NCBI RefSeq assembly: GCF_963921235.1
Contig: NC_086101.1
Location: 62,001 to 126,000, forward strand
DNA length: 64,000 nt
DNA from: Mobula hypostoma
Taxonomy: Eukaryota
Direction of reading: 5' to 3'
The notes under the pieces are model-generated. The model searched no databases, had not been told where the DNA came from, and saw only the letters and a program-made list of their open reading frames with translations. This document shows, one piece after another, positions 1 to 12,817 of this stretch. Made by a program: the position numbers and the translations under genes. Position 1 is the stretch's first letter. The number at the start of each line of letters is the position of its first letter.

Positions 1-195
1 GATTTCACATCACAAATGTGACACTCCGGTGAGAAAAACTACTGTCCTCCTCCTCATATTCATTGGCTCTGCCATCGATGGGATCACCACCGTCAATCAC
101 CTGGAGTGGGTGGGTGGGTCAGAATAATTGGAATGTCTCCAGGATTAGCTGTGTAACATCACATGCTCTTTGTAGAACTGTGGGACATGACCATT
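1..195 (+). other. Intron-1 module of a further paralog (copy D) of the ZNF cassette; its promoter would lie left of the window
   Basis: Collinear similarity to 17551-17610+19075-19230 (+), ~30970-31170 (-) and ~61960-62160 (-), e.g. tttcacatcac...cattggc.ttgccatcgatgg..tca..a..gtcaatca.ctgg. Confidence 0.75.
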
Positions 196-339
196 GGTCT
201 GAGCAGGATTTGCTTTACGCGGCTTGAAAACTGCACGGCACGTTCAATTAACATGTGAAAGAAAATTCTATCAGTGCAGCACCAAATGCGATCTGCAAGG
301 GAGCATTTCAGGTACTGTGCAGCCACGCATGCGCAGCTT

Positions 340-1310
340 AGAGATATCAGCACATCCTTTCTTAGATATCGGGCTCAAAACTGCTCCCAATACTCCAAGT
401 GAACATAGAACATAGAACATAGAATAGTACAGCACAGTACAGGCCCTTCGGCCCATAATGTGCCGACCCTCAAACCCTGCCTCCCATATAAGCCCCCACC
501 TTACATTCCTCCATATACCTGTCTAGTAGTTTCTTAAACTTCACTAGTGTATCTGCCTCCACCACTGACTCAGGCAGTGCATTCCACGCACCAACCACTC
601 TCTGAGTAAAAAACCTTCCTCTAATATCCCCCTTGAACTTCCCACCCCTTACCTTAAAGCCATGTCCTCTTGTATTGAGCAGTGGTGCCCTGGGGAAGAG
701 GCGCTGGCTATCCACTCTATCTATTCCTCTTATTATCTTGTACACCTCTATCATGTCTCCTCTCATCCTCCTTCTCTCCAAAGAGTAAAGCCCTAGCTCC
801 CTTAATCTCTGATCATAATGCATACTTTCTAAACCAGGCAGCATCCTGGTAAATCTCCTCTGTACCCTTTCCGATGCTTCCACATCTTTCCTATAAGTGA
901 GGTGACCAGAACTGGACACAATACTCCAAGTGTGGCCTAACCAGAGTTTTATAGAGCTGCATCATTACATCGCGACTCTTAACCTCTATCCCTCGACTTA
1001 TGAAAGCTAACACCCCATAAGCTTTCTTAACTACCCTATCCACCTGTGAGGCAACTTTCAAGGATCTGTGGACATGTACCCCGAGATCCCTCTGCTCCTC
1101 CACACTACCAAGTGAGACCTTGCCAGATCTTTGTAAAGCCTCAGCAATGCGTCCTTGCTTATGTTCTCATCCTCTCAAAATGAATGAATGCTAATTGTCC
1201 TTCCTCACCACCGACTCAACCTGCAAATTAACCTGCACGAGGATTCAGAAGTCTCTTTGACATTTTTGAAATTTTCTCCAGTTAGAAAATAGTCTACACT
1301 ATTATTTCTT
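340..1310 (-). mobile_element. Old degraded CR1 fragment, split by a younger CR1 at 401-1113
   Basis: cagcacatcctttcttagata...aatactccaagtg resumes as ccaagtgagacc at ~1108; ccaagtga is present on both sides of the insert. Confidence 0.6.
401..1113 (-). mobile_element. CR1 LINE 3' fragment, subfamily A ((TATGTTC)n tail)
   Basis: ORFs 891-1103 and 470-919 give CR1 ORF2 C-terminus (LVRPHLEYCVQFWSP, LERRRMRGD, TRGH); microsatellite tail at 401-425. Confidence 0.95.
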
Positions 1311-1314
1311 CGGA

Positions 1315-1530
1315 ATTAGAAGAATCAGAATCAAGTTTATTATCAGCGGCATGTGACATAAAATTTGTTAACTTAGCAGTAGCAGTTCAATACAATACAT
1401 ATAGCAGAGAGAAAAAAATAATAATAAATAAAATAAAGCATAATAATAAACAAGTAAATCAATTACATATATGGAATAGATTATTTAAAAGGTGCAAAGA
1501 CAGAAATACTGTATATTAAAAAAAGTGAGG
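1315..1530 (-). mobile_element. Probable LINE 3' UTR/tail (Rex/Babar-like)
   Basis: Reverse strand ends AATAAAC followed by (TTCTGA)-type short repeats; no coding part. Confidence 0.4.
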
Positions 1531-1536
1531 CCATGT

Positions 1537-2470
1537 TGTTACAATACCCCGTGGGTATCTTGTGTCTGTCTTATGATTATGATGTAATTGAGTATCTTGT
1601 GAGCATGATGTATTTGTCTTATGAAGGTGGGGTAATGTAATTTTCCCGCCAGTGTGAGGTCACATGTTGTAATTTTCCCGCCGGTGTGAGGTCACGTGCT
1701 GGCATGTCCCAACAGCTATATAAGACCATAAGACCATAAGACAAAGGAGCAGAAGTCGGCCATTCGGCCCATCGAGTCTGCTCCGCCATTTTATCATAAA
1801 CTGATCCATTCTCCCATTTAGTCCCACTCCCCCGCCTTCTCACCATAACCTTTGATGCCCTGGCTACTCAGATACCTATCAATCTCTGCCTTAAATACAC
1901 CCAATGACTTGGCCTCCATTGCTGCCCGTGGCAACAAATTCCATAGATTCACCACCCTCTGACTAAAAAAATTTCTTCGCATTTCTGTTCTGAATGGGCA
2001 CCCTTCAATCCTTAAGTCATGCCCTCTCGTACTAGACTCCCCCATCATGGGAAACAACTTTGCCACATCCACTCTGTCCATGTCTTTCAACATTCGAAAT
2101 GTTTCTATGAGGTCTTCCGTCATTCTTCTAAACTCCAAGGAATACAATCCAAGAGCGGTCAAACTTTCCTCATATGTTAACCCTCTCATTCCTGGAATCA
2201 TTCTAGTGAATCTTCTCTGTACCCTCTCCAACGTCAGCACATCCTTTCTTAAATAAGGAGACCAAAACTGCCCACAGTACTCCAAGTGAGGTCTCACCAG
2301 CGACTTATAGAGCCTCAACATCACATCATATAAGGGTAAATCCCTGTTGTCACGCAGTTAGTTTGTTAGTTAGTTTTGCTGCGTATTCGTCTCATGACGC
2401 AGTTTCGTTTTAAAGTGGAGTTTTTACTTTCTCTTGTAAGGTGCAAAAACGTTGTGCCGGCAGTTCGCCT
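1537..2470 (+). mobile_element. Probable LTR fragment, interrupted by CR1 at its TATA-like box
   Basis: Starts TGTTAC; internal ~32-bp tandem duplication tgtaattttcccgcc.gtgtgaggtcac (1637-1698); tatataag motif duplicated around the CR1; 3' end not identified. Confidence 0.4.
1721..2328 (-). mobile_element. CR1 3' fragment, subfamily B ((TTATGGTC)n tail)
   Basis: ORF 1818-2324 CR1 ORF2 C-terminus, near-identical to 43940-44442; atataag at both junctions. Confidence 0.95.
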
Positions 2471-2683
2471 TGGAAGGAGATGCTGCCCTGACCGGGATGA
2501 CAGCAGAGGAGGAATGATGTCAGTTTCTGGGAAAATGAGGAAGGTGAAGGATAGATGTATTCCAAAAATAAATGAATACTCAAATGGCAAAATAGTTTAG
2601 TAGGAAGACGAAGGATTGGGGAGATTTTGAATACCTACAGAGAGGAACTAAACGAATTATTGCGAGGGGAAAAATGAAACATG

Positions 2684-3030
2684 AAATTGAATTGAATTGA
2701 ATTGAATTGACTTTATTACTTTCATTCTTCATATGCACGGAGTAAAAATCTTTACGTTACATCTCTGTCTAAATGGGTGAAGTGCAATTTATAGTACTTT
2801 ATGATAAATGATACGTATAACATGCTAGTCAATATAACATAGAAATACAGTTGTCTCAGCATGAGTTAAGCAGTTTGATGGCCTGGTGGAAGAAGCTGAC
2901 CTGGAGCCTGATGCTACTGGCTTTTATGCTGCGGTATCGTTTCCCGGATAGTAGCAACTGGTAGAGTTTGTTGCTGGGGTCGGGTCTCCAATGATCTTTT
3001 GGGCCCTTTTTACACACCTGCCTTTGTAAA
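2684..3030 (-). mobile_element. Rex/Babar-like LINE 3' end
   Basis: PSNKLYQLLLSGKRYRSIKASSIRLQVSFFHQAIKLLN C-terminal motif; (TTCAA)n tail at 2684-2710. Confidence 0.8.
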
Positions 3031-3049
3031 ACAAGCTCGCAAACAATAT

Positions 3050-3905
3050 CAGATTTTTTTTTAAGTATCATAAAACAATAAAATAGAGATGAGAGTGGAT
3101 ATAGGACCGCTGGAAAATGAGGCTGGATATGTAATAACGAGGGACAAAGAGATGGCAGATGAACTAAATGAGTATTTTGCATCAGTATTCACTGTGGAAG
3201 GCACTAGAACTGTGCCAGATGCTGAAGGGTGCGAGGGAAGAGAAGTGAGTGCAGTTATTATTACAAGGGAGTTGGTGCTCAAAAATCTGAAAGACCTAAA
3301 GGTGCATAAGTCACCCAGACCAGATGAACTGCACCCAAGTGTTCTGAAAGAGGTAGCAGTAGACATTCTGGAGGCATGAGCAATGATCTTTAAAAAATCA
3401 TTGGACCTTGACATGGTGCCAGAGGACTGGAAAATTATAAATGTCACTCAGCTCTTTAAGAAAGGAGGAAGGCAACAGAAAGGGGATTGTACAGCAGTTA
3501 GCCTTACATCTGTGGTTGGGAAGAAATTAGTGTCAATTGTTAAGTAAGAGGTTAATGCAATACTTGGTGACACTGGACAAAATAGGACGTCAGCATGGCT
3601 TCCTTAATGGAATATCTTGCTTGACAAACCTGTTGGAATTCTTTGAGGAGATTACAAGGAGGATAGATAAAGGGGATGTAGTGGATGTTGTATATTTGGA
3701 ATCTCAGAGGGCCTTTGACAAGGTGCGACAAATGAAGCTGCTTACCAAGTTAAGAGTTCATGGTATTACAGAAAGTTTCTGGCATAGTTAGAACATTGGC
3801 TGATTGGTAGGAAACAGCGAATGGGCATCCTTCTCTGGTTGGCTGCCAGTGACTAGTGTTCCACATGGGTCAGTGTTGGGACCACGTCTTTTTATGCTGT
3901 GTATC
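3050..3905 (+). mobile_element. Degraded CR1 ORF2 internal fragment
   Basis: [45 protein letters not shown] motifs with frameshifts. Confidence 0.9.
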
Positions 3906-3939
3906 AAGCTTCAGCTGATTTGTGTGTGTGCGTCCCATT

Positions 3940-4440
3940 TGTCTATGTTTGCCCCATACCCTCTAACCATTTCCTATCTGTGTACCTGTCTAAATTTATT
4001 ATAAAGTATTTTCATTTTACCTGTTTCTACAGCATCTGACAGCAAATGCCATATACCCACCTCCCTCTCTGTGAGAACGTTACCCGATTGATCCCTTGTA
4101 AAAATACCCCTTCTCACTTCCAATCTGAGCTCTCTGGTTCTGTACTCCCATTTCTCGGAAAAAAACTCACTTTATCTAGGCCCCTTATCAATGTATTTAC
4201 CTCGATGTGGGGTCATCCCTGAACATCCTACACTACGGCTAAATAGCTCAAGCTTATCCACACCCCTCTTTTAACCCAAACCCCTTCCCCTAAGTCCTGG
4301 TAATATCTTCCTCAAGCTTCCTGTCCAGTGCAATGACATCCTCCCCATATTCGGGGAACCAGATATGCACACAATACCGCAATTGTGGTCTATCATCGAC
4401 ACCAAAGCCCTTGCTGAAGTTCATGTGGACAGTGTCGAAT
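3940..4440 (-). mobile_element. Highly degraded CR1 3' fragment
   Basis: RPQLRYCVHIWFPEY remnant in ORF 4290-4601. Confidence 0.6.
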
Positions 4441-4449
4441 AGGCTGATG

Positions 4450-5825
4450 AATATAGGACTGAAGGTGTTATATTGGAATGCACCAGTATATGGAATAAGG
4501 TAGATGATTTTGCAGCACAGGTAGAGATTGGCAGGTACAACGTTGTTGGCATCACTGACTTGTGGGTGAAAGGAGATCCTGGCTTGAAGCCCAACATCCA
4601 AGGATACACTTTGTATTCAAAGGACAGGCAGGTAGGCGGAGGGGCTGGGGAAGCTCTGTTGCTAAAAAAAACTAATGAAAAGGATTAGAAGATGTTGAAT
4701 CATTGTAGGTAGAGTTATGAAACTGCCATGGTAAGAAGACTCTGATGGGAGTTATACACAGGTCTCCAAATAGTAGCTAGGATAGAAACGGGATACAAAT
4801 TACAGCAGGAGATAGAAAAAAAGGACAAGGTGAAGATCGGAATGGGGAGTTACAACATGAAGGTAGATTGGAAAAGTCAGGTTGGTGCTGCATTCCAGGA
4901 GAGGGAATTTGTAGAATGCTCCCGAGATGGCTTTTTAGTACAGCTTGTGGTTGAGCCCAATGGGAAAAAGGCAATTCTGGAGCGGGATTTGTATAATGAA
5001 GCAGATATGATTTGGGAGATGAAGGTAAAAGTACCTTTAGGAAGTAGTGATCATAAAATGATAGAATTCACCCCAGAGTTTCAGAGGGAGATAAAGTCAG
5101 ATGTGTCAGTATCAGAGTGGAGTAAGTCAGTTACAGAGGCATGAGGAAGGATCTGACCAATGTAGATTGGAAGGGGACACCAGCAGGGATGATTGCAGAA
5201 CCACAAAGACTGGAGTTCCAGGGGCAATTCGGATAGATAAATCCCAAAGATGAAGAAGTATTATACAGGGAGGATGGGGTAACCGTGTTTGACAAGGGAA
5301 GTCAAAGACAGCATAAAAGCGAAAGAGAGGGGTTAGAAGAGAGCAAAAATTAGCATGATGTTGGAGTATCGAGAAGATTGTGATAATCAACAGAAAAAAG
5401 TTATAAAGCCACAAGCAGAGAAAATGAGATATGAAGGAAAGCTTTCCAACAATACTCAAGAGGACACAAAACTGCAAAGAATAAAAGAGAGACAAGAGTG
5501 GATATTGGACACCTAGAAAATGAAGAGGAGAAATGTGAGATTAAGGCATGGCAGAGGTACTTAATTAGTATTTTGTGTCAGTCCTCACTGTGAAAGATAC
5601 TAGCTGTATGTCAGAAATGTGAGAGTGCCAGGGGACGGAAATGAGTGTTGTTGCTATTAAAAAGGAGAGAGTACGTGGGAAGATTGAAGGTCTGAAGGTA
5701 CTTGGACCAGATGGACTACACCTCAGTGTTCGGAAAGATTTAGCTGAAGAGAATATGTGGGCATTAGTAATGATCTTTCAAGGATCACTAGATACTCGGT
5801 CATTCAAGACGACTGGAAATTCCTA
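4450..5825 (+). mobile_element. Degraded CR1 ORF2, endonuclease and tether region
   Basis: SIWNKVD..A..VVGIT..W, LGSSDH.MIEF, GPDGLH motifs with many indels. Confidence 0.85.
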
Positions 5826-7825
5826 TTGAAAGAAATTTGCTTAAATTAAAAAGTCAATTTTATATGTTTGGAGATAAAAGTAATAAGCTATTAGCATCCC
5901 AATTAAAAGCAGTTAGAACTAAAAGACAAATTTTAAAAATTTGTAAGGGAGATGGTAGTTTAGCTTGTAATTATGAAGATATTAATACAATTTTTCAAAA
6001 CTGTTACAGTGAACTCTATAAATCTGAGTTTCCAGCTGATCCTTCTAAAATGAATGCCTTTTTACAAAAGATTGATTTTCCTAGATTATCTGCTGAAGAT
6101 CAACAAATTCTTGATACTCCTTTTACTGAAAAAGAAATCCAGAAAGCTATTTTTTCAATGCAATCTGGTAAAGCTCCTGGACTGGATGGTCTTTCTGAGG
6201 ATTTTATAAAAAAAATGAAAATTTGCTTACTCCTTATACGTTGGAAATGCTTAAAGATTCTTTATTGTTAGGAGAGTTACCTTCTACATTTTATGAAGCA
6301 TTTATTTCTTTAATTCTTAAGAAAGATAAAGACCCTACGGATTGTGCTTCATATCGACCTATATTATTATTAAATGTAGATGCTAAAATTCTTTTAAGAA
6401 TAATGGCTAATCGGTTGGAGAATATATTAGCTAAAATTATTTCTCAGGACCAAACGGGTTTTATAAAAGGCCGTTATTCTTTTTCTAATACTCGGAGACT
6501 GTTAAATATTATATACTCACCCCTCTCGAAAACTCCCCAATGTGTTGTTTCTCTTGATGCTGAAAAGGCATTCGATAGAGTTGAATGGAAATACTTATTT
6601 AACGTTTTAGAGAAATTTAGCTTTGGTACTAATTTTAATAAGTGGATTAGAATAATATATAAAAGCCCTATTGCCACTGTGATTACTAATAACTGTAGAT
6701 CCCCCTTTTTTTCAACTTTCGCGGGGTACGAGACAAGGATGTCCGTTAAGTCCTCTGTTGTTTAATTTGGCGCTGGAACCTTTGGCTATTGCACTTCGTG
6801 AAGCAAAGGATATTCAAGGAATTTCTATAAATGGAACTATTCATAAGATTTCTCTGTATGCTGATGAGCTCTTAGATTATGTTTCGAATCCTGAAGAATC
6901 TATTCCTAGTTTATTGAAATTATTATATGAATTTGGAAAGTTTTCAGGATATAAATTAAACCTGCATAAGAGTGAATTATTTCCTTTAAATGATTCTGCT
7001 TTTATATATGCTTTTATAAAGCTAGGGCTTTACTCTTTGGAGAGAAGGAGGATGAGAGGAGACATGATAGAGGTGTACAAGATAATAAGAGGAATAGATA
7101 GAGTGGATAGCCAGCGCCTCTTCCCCAGGGCACCACTGCTCAATACAAGAGGACATGGCTTTAAGGTAAGGGGTGGGAAGTTCAAGGGGGATATTAGAGG
7201 AAGGTTTTTTTACTCAGAGAGTGGTTGGTGCGTGGAATGCACTGCCTGAGTCAGTGGTGGAGGCAGATACACTAGTGAAGTTTAAGAGACTACTAGACAG
7301 GTATATGGAGGAATGTAAGGTGGGGGCTTATATGGGAGGCAGGGTTTGAGGGTCGGCACAACATTGTGGGCCGAAGGGCCTGTACTGTGCTGTACTATTC
7401 TATGTTCTATGTTCTATATGATGATATTCCTTTTAAAGTTACAGATTCCTTTAAATATTTAGGTATTATCATCACTAAAAATTATGGAGACCTTTATAGA
7501 GCTAATTTAGTTCCCTTAGTGGATTTTATGAAGCGATTATTTTCTAGATGGAATCCTCTCACACGTTCGTTAGTTGGTCGAATTCACCCTGTTAAAATGA
7601 TGATTTTACCAAAATTTTTATATATATTTCAAAATATTCCTTTTTTTTAACCAAGAAGTTTTTTGATCAGGTTGACTCTATTATTTCATCTTTTCTTTGG
7701 AATAATAAAAGACCAAGAATTGGAAAATGTCATTTACAAAAGTTAGAAAAGGATGGAGGTCTTGCTTTGCCTAATTTAAGAATGTATTATTGGGAGGTTA
7801 ATATACGCTATGCGTGTTCTTGGTT
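5826..7825 (+). mobile_element. L1-clade (fish L1/Tx1-like) LINE ORF2 fragment, AT-rich, interrupted by CR1
   Basis: GDKSNKLLA, GKAPGLDG, SYRPI.LLNVDAKIL, SLDAEKAFDRVEW, GTRQGCPLSPLLF, ISLYAD, FKYLGI, GGLALPN motifs across frameshifts. Confidence 0.9.
7019..7417 (+). mobile_element. CR1 subfamily A 3' fragment nested in the L1-like element
   Basis: Near-identical to reverse complement of 401-797; tatatg near both junctions. Confidence 0.95.
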
Positions 7826-9272
7826 AAAAATAAAAGAGAAGAAGTATAACATAGCAAAGGCGAGTGGGAAGCCGGAGGATTGAGAAACTGTTGAAGAGCA
7901 ACAGAAGGTAACTAAAAAGGCAATACGCGGGGAAAAAATAAGGTACGAAGGTAAACTAGCTAAGAATATAAAGGAGGATAGTAAAGGCTTCTTTAGGTAT
8001 GTGAAAAGGTAAAAAATAGTTAAGACCAAAATTGGGCCCTTGAAGACAGAAGCGGGTGAATTTATTATGGGGAACAAGGAAATGGCAGACGAGTTGAACA
8101 GGTACTTTGGATCTGTCTTCATTAGGGAAGACACAAACAATCTCCCAGATGTAATAGTGGCCAAAAGACCTAGGGTAATGGATGAATTGAAGGAGATTTA
8201 TATTAGGCAGGAAATGGTGTTGGATAGACTGTTGGGTCTGAAGGCTGATAAGTCCCCGGGACCTGATGGTCTGCATCCCAGGGTACTTAAGGAGGTGGTT
8301 TCAGAAATCGTGGACGCATTGGTAATCATTTTCCAATGTCCTATAGATTCAGGATCAGTTCCTGTGAATTGGAGGGTGGCTAATGTTGTCCCTCTCTTCA
8401 AGAAGGGAGGAAGAGAGAAAACAGGGAATTATAGACCGGTTAGCCTGACGTCGGTGGTGGGAAAGATGCTGGAGTCAATTATAAAGGATGAAATTACGAC
8501 ACATCTGGATAGCAGTAACGGGATTGGTCCGAGTTTGCATGGATTTATGAAGGGGAAATCGTGTTTGACTAATCTTCTGGAATTTTCTGAGGATATAACT
8601 ATGAAAATGGACAAGGGCCAGCCAGTGGATGTAGTGTACCTGGATTTTCAGAAAGCCCTTGATAAAGTCCCACATAGGAGATTAGTGGGCAAAATTAGGA
8701 CACATGGTATTGGGGGCAGAGTACTGACATGGATTGAAAATTGGCTGGCTGACAGAAAACAAAGAGTAGCGATTAACGGGTCCCTTTTGGAATGGCAGGC
8801 AGTGACCAGTGGGGTACCGCAGGGTTCAGTGCTGGGACCGCAGCTGTTTACAATATATATTAATGATTTAGATAAGGGAACTAAAAATAATATTGGCAAA
8901 TTTGCCGATGACACAAAGCTGGGTGGCAGTGTGAAATGTGAGGAGGATGTTATGAGAATGCAGGATGACTTGTACAGGCTGGGTGAGTGGGCAGATGCAT
9001 GGCAGATGCAGTTTAATGTGGATAAATGTGAGGTTATCCACTTTGGTGGTAAGAACGAAGAACGGGAAGCAGATTATTATCTAAATGGAGTCAAGTTAGG
9101 AAAAGGGGAAGCACAACGAGATCTAGGTGTTCTTGTACATCAGTCACTGAAAGCAAGCATGCAAGTACAGCAGGCAGTGAAGAAAACTAATGGCATGCTG
9201 GCCTTCATAACAAGGGGAATTGAGTATAAGAGCAAAGAGGTCCTTCTGCAGCTGTACAGGGCCCTGGTGAGA
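7826..9272 (+). mobile_element. CR1 ORF2 fragment with uninterrupted RT core (ORF 8040-9335), 3'-truncated against the ERV
   Basis: [27 protein letters not shown]; last ~20 codons of the ORF run into antisense ERV sequence. Confidence 0.95.
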
Positions 9273-10230
9273 TCAGCACCGAATCTCCAATTTTCAACTC
9301 CGGCCACTCCGTTCCTCGTCCTCTGGAATCCTTAAGGGTATTTTTTACCTGGGAGTGGAGAAACTTTAGAGAGAATTACAAAAAAAAACTTTATTGTCAT
9401 TCTAACCGTACATCAGCTCTGCAGGGCAGAACGAGACAGGATGTCAGTTGGCGAAAGTACTTCTGCAACTCCTCCCCCATAATGTGTAGATCCACCTGAG
9501 TCGGGGGTATCCTGGGCGGCCATGAACAATTTCCGCTGCAGATACCCCTGCAGTGGAATGTGGGGTAATCCTCATATGATACAAAGCTAACGGAAGGACC
9601 TTCAGCCAGTTCAGTCCGGTTTCGGACATTAACTTAGCTAGCTTATTTTCTTAGGATGCCGTTAGCCCGCTCCACTGCTCCTGCAGCCTCCGGGTGGTAG
9701 GCACAATGAAACTGCTGTTCAATGTGCAGCACCTCGCATAACTCTTTATTTATTTTTCCCACAAAATGAGGACCATTGTCCGGACTAATCTGTCTGGGCA
9801 CTCCGAATCTTGGTATAATCTCTGTAGGGAACAACCTTACCACCGTGGAACCTTTATTATTGGTAGTCAAAAAGGCTTCAATCCATCTACTGAACACAAC
9901 TACAATCACTAAACAATACTTACAACAGTGTACACACGGTAGTTCGATAAAATCAAGCTGAATACATTCAAAAGGACCACTTGGCAAGGGGGTTTTTCCT
10001 GGGGTACATTTCACTCCCTTTCCCGCGTTTGTTTGTTGGCATATCAGACACGATCGTATTTTCTCTTGTGCCGCCTCTTCCAATCTAGGGTGCCACCAGG
10101 TGCGTAATAAAACGTTACTCATTTCCTCCTTGCCAAGGTGCGTATCAGTATGCAGGTAACCAATAAGCATTGGTAACAAAGCATCGGAAATACAAACTTG
10201 GCCAGAGGCCTGTGGACACCAAATGCGCAC
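9271..10230 (-). pseudogene. pol: ERV integrase (stops, frameshifts, ~60-bp LINE tail inserted at ~9380-9437)
   Basis: HTDTH..CLIC, QLDFIEL, DNGPHF, GAVERANG, W..VLPLAL, and C-terminal LKIGDSVLI at ~9272-9298. Confidence 0.9.
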
Positions 10231-10369
10231 ATCCGTGTGTCTTCCGGAGTTGTTTTTCTGAATCAGGGGCGTCCCCTTGGAGTTTTTGAACTGTAGCCCT
10301 GTCTGGAGTGCCCGGCGCTCCTGGTGATTTAGTCATGGTGAAAGCTAATCACTCTGGAGTGGAAACTAT

Positions 10370-12020
10370 AATGGTCGCCTCCTGCGCAGCCAAGTCGGCC
10401 CAGTTGTTCCCTTTAGTCACTGCAGATTCGTCTTTTAGATGAACCGAACATTTAATAATGGCCAATTTTTCGGGGAGCAGTATAGCCTGGAGCAGATTCT
10501 TTACGTACATGACATTCTGGATGGGGGTCCCGGAGGAGGTGAGAAACGCCCGCTGCACCCAGAGTTGTCCAAAATCATGGGCCACCCCAAATGCGTAGCG
10601 AGAGTCTGTATAAACACTGGCCTTTTTGTCCTTGGCTAAAATACAGGCGCGAGTGAGAGCAAAAAGTTCTGCCTTTTGGGCAGAGACTAGGGGGTTAGAG
10701 AGCGCCACTTTCGAGTCTGCGGTCATCATCGGCAACAGCGTAGCCGCAGAGGCGCTCCCCGGTCTCAGAGACTGTGGAACTGCCATCCACTGCCATGCCA
10801 ATGGTGTGGGACGAATACACAGTAACTGGTTGTTGGAGGGTGATGGTTGGAAGCAGCCGTAACCAGGAAGTAAATGGCCGGGAGCATCTGCCATACGGGG
10901 TCTAACTTAGTGGAATTATAGGCAACAGGTCTGCGCCTATCCCCATGAGTCTGAGTGAGCACTGTAGTGGCGCAGCCGACTAAAGCATTCACAAAAAGCT
11001 GGAAGGGGCGGTCATAGAGTGGGCGGTCGAGAGCAGGCGCTCTTGAGAGTGATTTCCTCCAATTCCTCAAAGGCTTCTTTCTGTTGCTCAGTTAGTTCCA
11101 GAGGCCCTTTAAACGCACTGGAAGCCAAAGGGCTCAAATGTCTTGTATACAGAGCAACATATGGAATCCACTGTCTACAAAAGTTTACCAGGCCAAGGAA
11201 AGCACGCATGGCTTTCGGCGTAGTGGTGGGGGGTGGGGGTCGCAAGGATTGGGGTCACCCTTTCTGGGGTGAGCTGTCTTTCGGTTGCACTCAAAAGAGT
11301 TCCCAGAAATCTCACTTGCCGTGGGGTTCTCTTTACTTTTTGGGGTGGGATCACGTATCCTCACGAGTGCAGGGCATTCAGAAGTGTATTGGTGTGATGG
11401 GCATTTGCTGTCTCTGACGGGCTTGCCAGTAGGTCGTCGGCGTACTATATTACCGTAGACCACCCCCCGCCCCCCGGGAAATTGTAACTCCCTAAGCTGC
11501 CTATGCAAAATCTGCGAGAAAATGGTGAGAGAGTGCACGAAACCTTGGGGTAACCTAGTCCAAGTGTACTGCTGATCTTGAAAGGTAAATGCAAAAAGGT
11601 ACTGCGACTCAGGAGCAAGGGGAATTGCAAAAACTGCATGCTGCAGATCTACTATGGTCAAAAACTTGGGAGTCCGGTGGAATGCTGCTTAAAATCGTAG
11701 CCGGATTAGGGACTACCAGATATATAGACTGCACAATTTCATTAATCTTGCGGAGATCTTGCACTAACCGCCAATCTGACCTTGCCGGCTTTGGAACCGG
11801 CAAGATAGGAGTACTGCAAGGGGACTGGCATGGAACTAGAATGCCCTGCTTACAGAAGGATTCTATGAGGTGGGTGATGCCGTCAACCGCCTCCTTCTTG
11901 AGAGGATATTGGGGAATAGATGGCATCTGAGCCCCTTCCCGAACGTCTGTTTTTACGGGAGGGACCGAAGTGAGGCCCACCTCCGTTTTGGAGACGGCCC
12001 AAAGATCCAGTTGGCCCGTG
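10370..12020 (-). pseudogene. pol: ERV reverse transcriptase + RNase H, frameshifted, with tether deletion near 10800-10900
   Basis: ORF pieces 11609-12112, 11185-11661, 11012-11245, 10765-11070, 10349-10894 carry consecutive RT/RH motifs. Confidence 0.92.
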
Positions 12021-12361
12021 GCAAAGCGGATGGGGGTGCAGACACCCCGGGACACTGAAGGGTTGTTGGTAGAAGGTGAGGGTCCCGTCAGGGGAACTCT
12101 GTGGTCTGCCAATCACTGCCAGGGTAGCCTGTTCCTGTAGTTTGTTGGGTAAAAATCCCATCTCCTTGGGTTTGTGTCCCTCCGTGACCGTGAGAGTCAC
12201 GTGGGGAGAGACCAATCCCGATCGGTTCCACAGTTCTTCAGGTACCTCAGCCAACAAAGCTGAGTCCTCCTTCCCTTCAACAACGCCAAAAATGGTCACA
12301 GGGACGGAATTTTCAAGGAAATGAGAACCCTCTTTATAGGGCTTCTGCCCCTTCCCTCTAC

Positions 12362-12397
12362 AGTCCTGACGAAGGGTTCCGGCCCGAAACGTCGACT
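12362..12397 (+). ncRNA. Minimal type I hammerhead ribozyme (PLE-type)
   Basis: agtc-CTGACGA-agggttccggccc-GAAAC-GTC-gact: intact core, stem I agtc/gact, predicted cleavage after 12393. Confidence 0.85.
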
Positions 12398-12817
12398 CAT
12401 CGTTTCCAGGGGTGCTGCCCGACCTGCTGAGTTCCTCCAGCGTGTTGTGAGAGTTGCTTTGATCCCAGCATCTGCAGATTATTTTGTGTTTATGATTCGC
12501 TACTCCGCTGCGAAGTCTCTTCGAGGTATGCCTACCCTGAAGCAGTTTAAAACTTCTCTTCGACGGGAGTTCAGTGAGACCCTCTCTCACTGCTCCCCCT
12601 CTGTCATCTCCGCCTCTTCGACCAGATCTTCACCCAGACCCGCTACCACAGCCACGTCTCTTGCCTATCACCTCCCTGCTTCCCCACCCCCACCCCTTTG
12701 TCTTTCCCCTTACTGGTTTTTCACCTGGAACCTACCAGCCTTCTCCTTCCCACCCTCCCCCCACCTTCTTTATAGGGCCTCTGCCCCTTCCCTCTACAGT
12801 CCTGCCGAAGGGTTCTG

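Noticed and set aside
200..340. Possible hAT/MITE end (gcgcagcttagag)
   Set aside because: Only one partial end, no TIR partner or TSD
1537..2470. This LTR-like piece as the 3' LTR of the ERV
   Set aside because: Appears plus-oriented, no PPT or second copy, 7 kb of unrelated LINEs between
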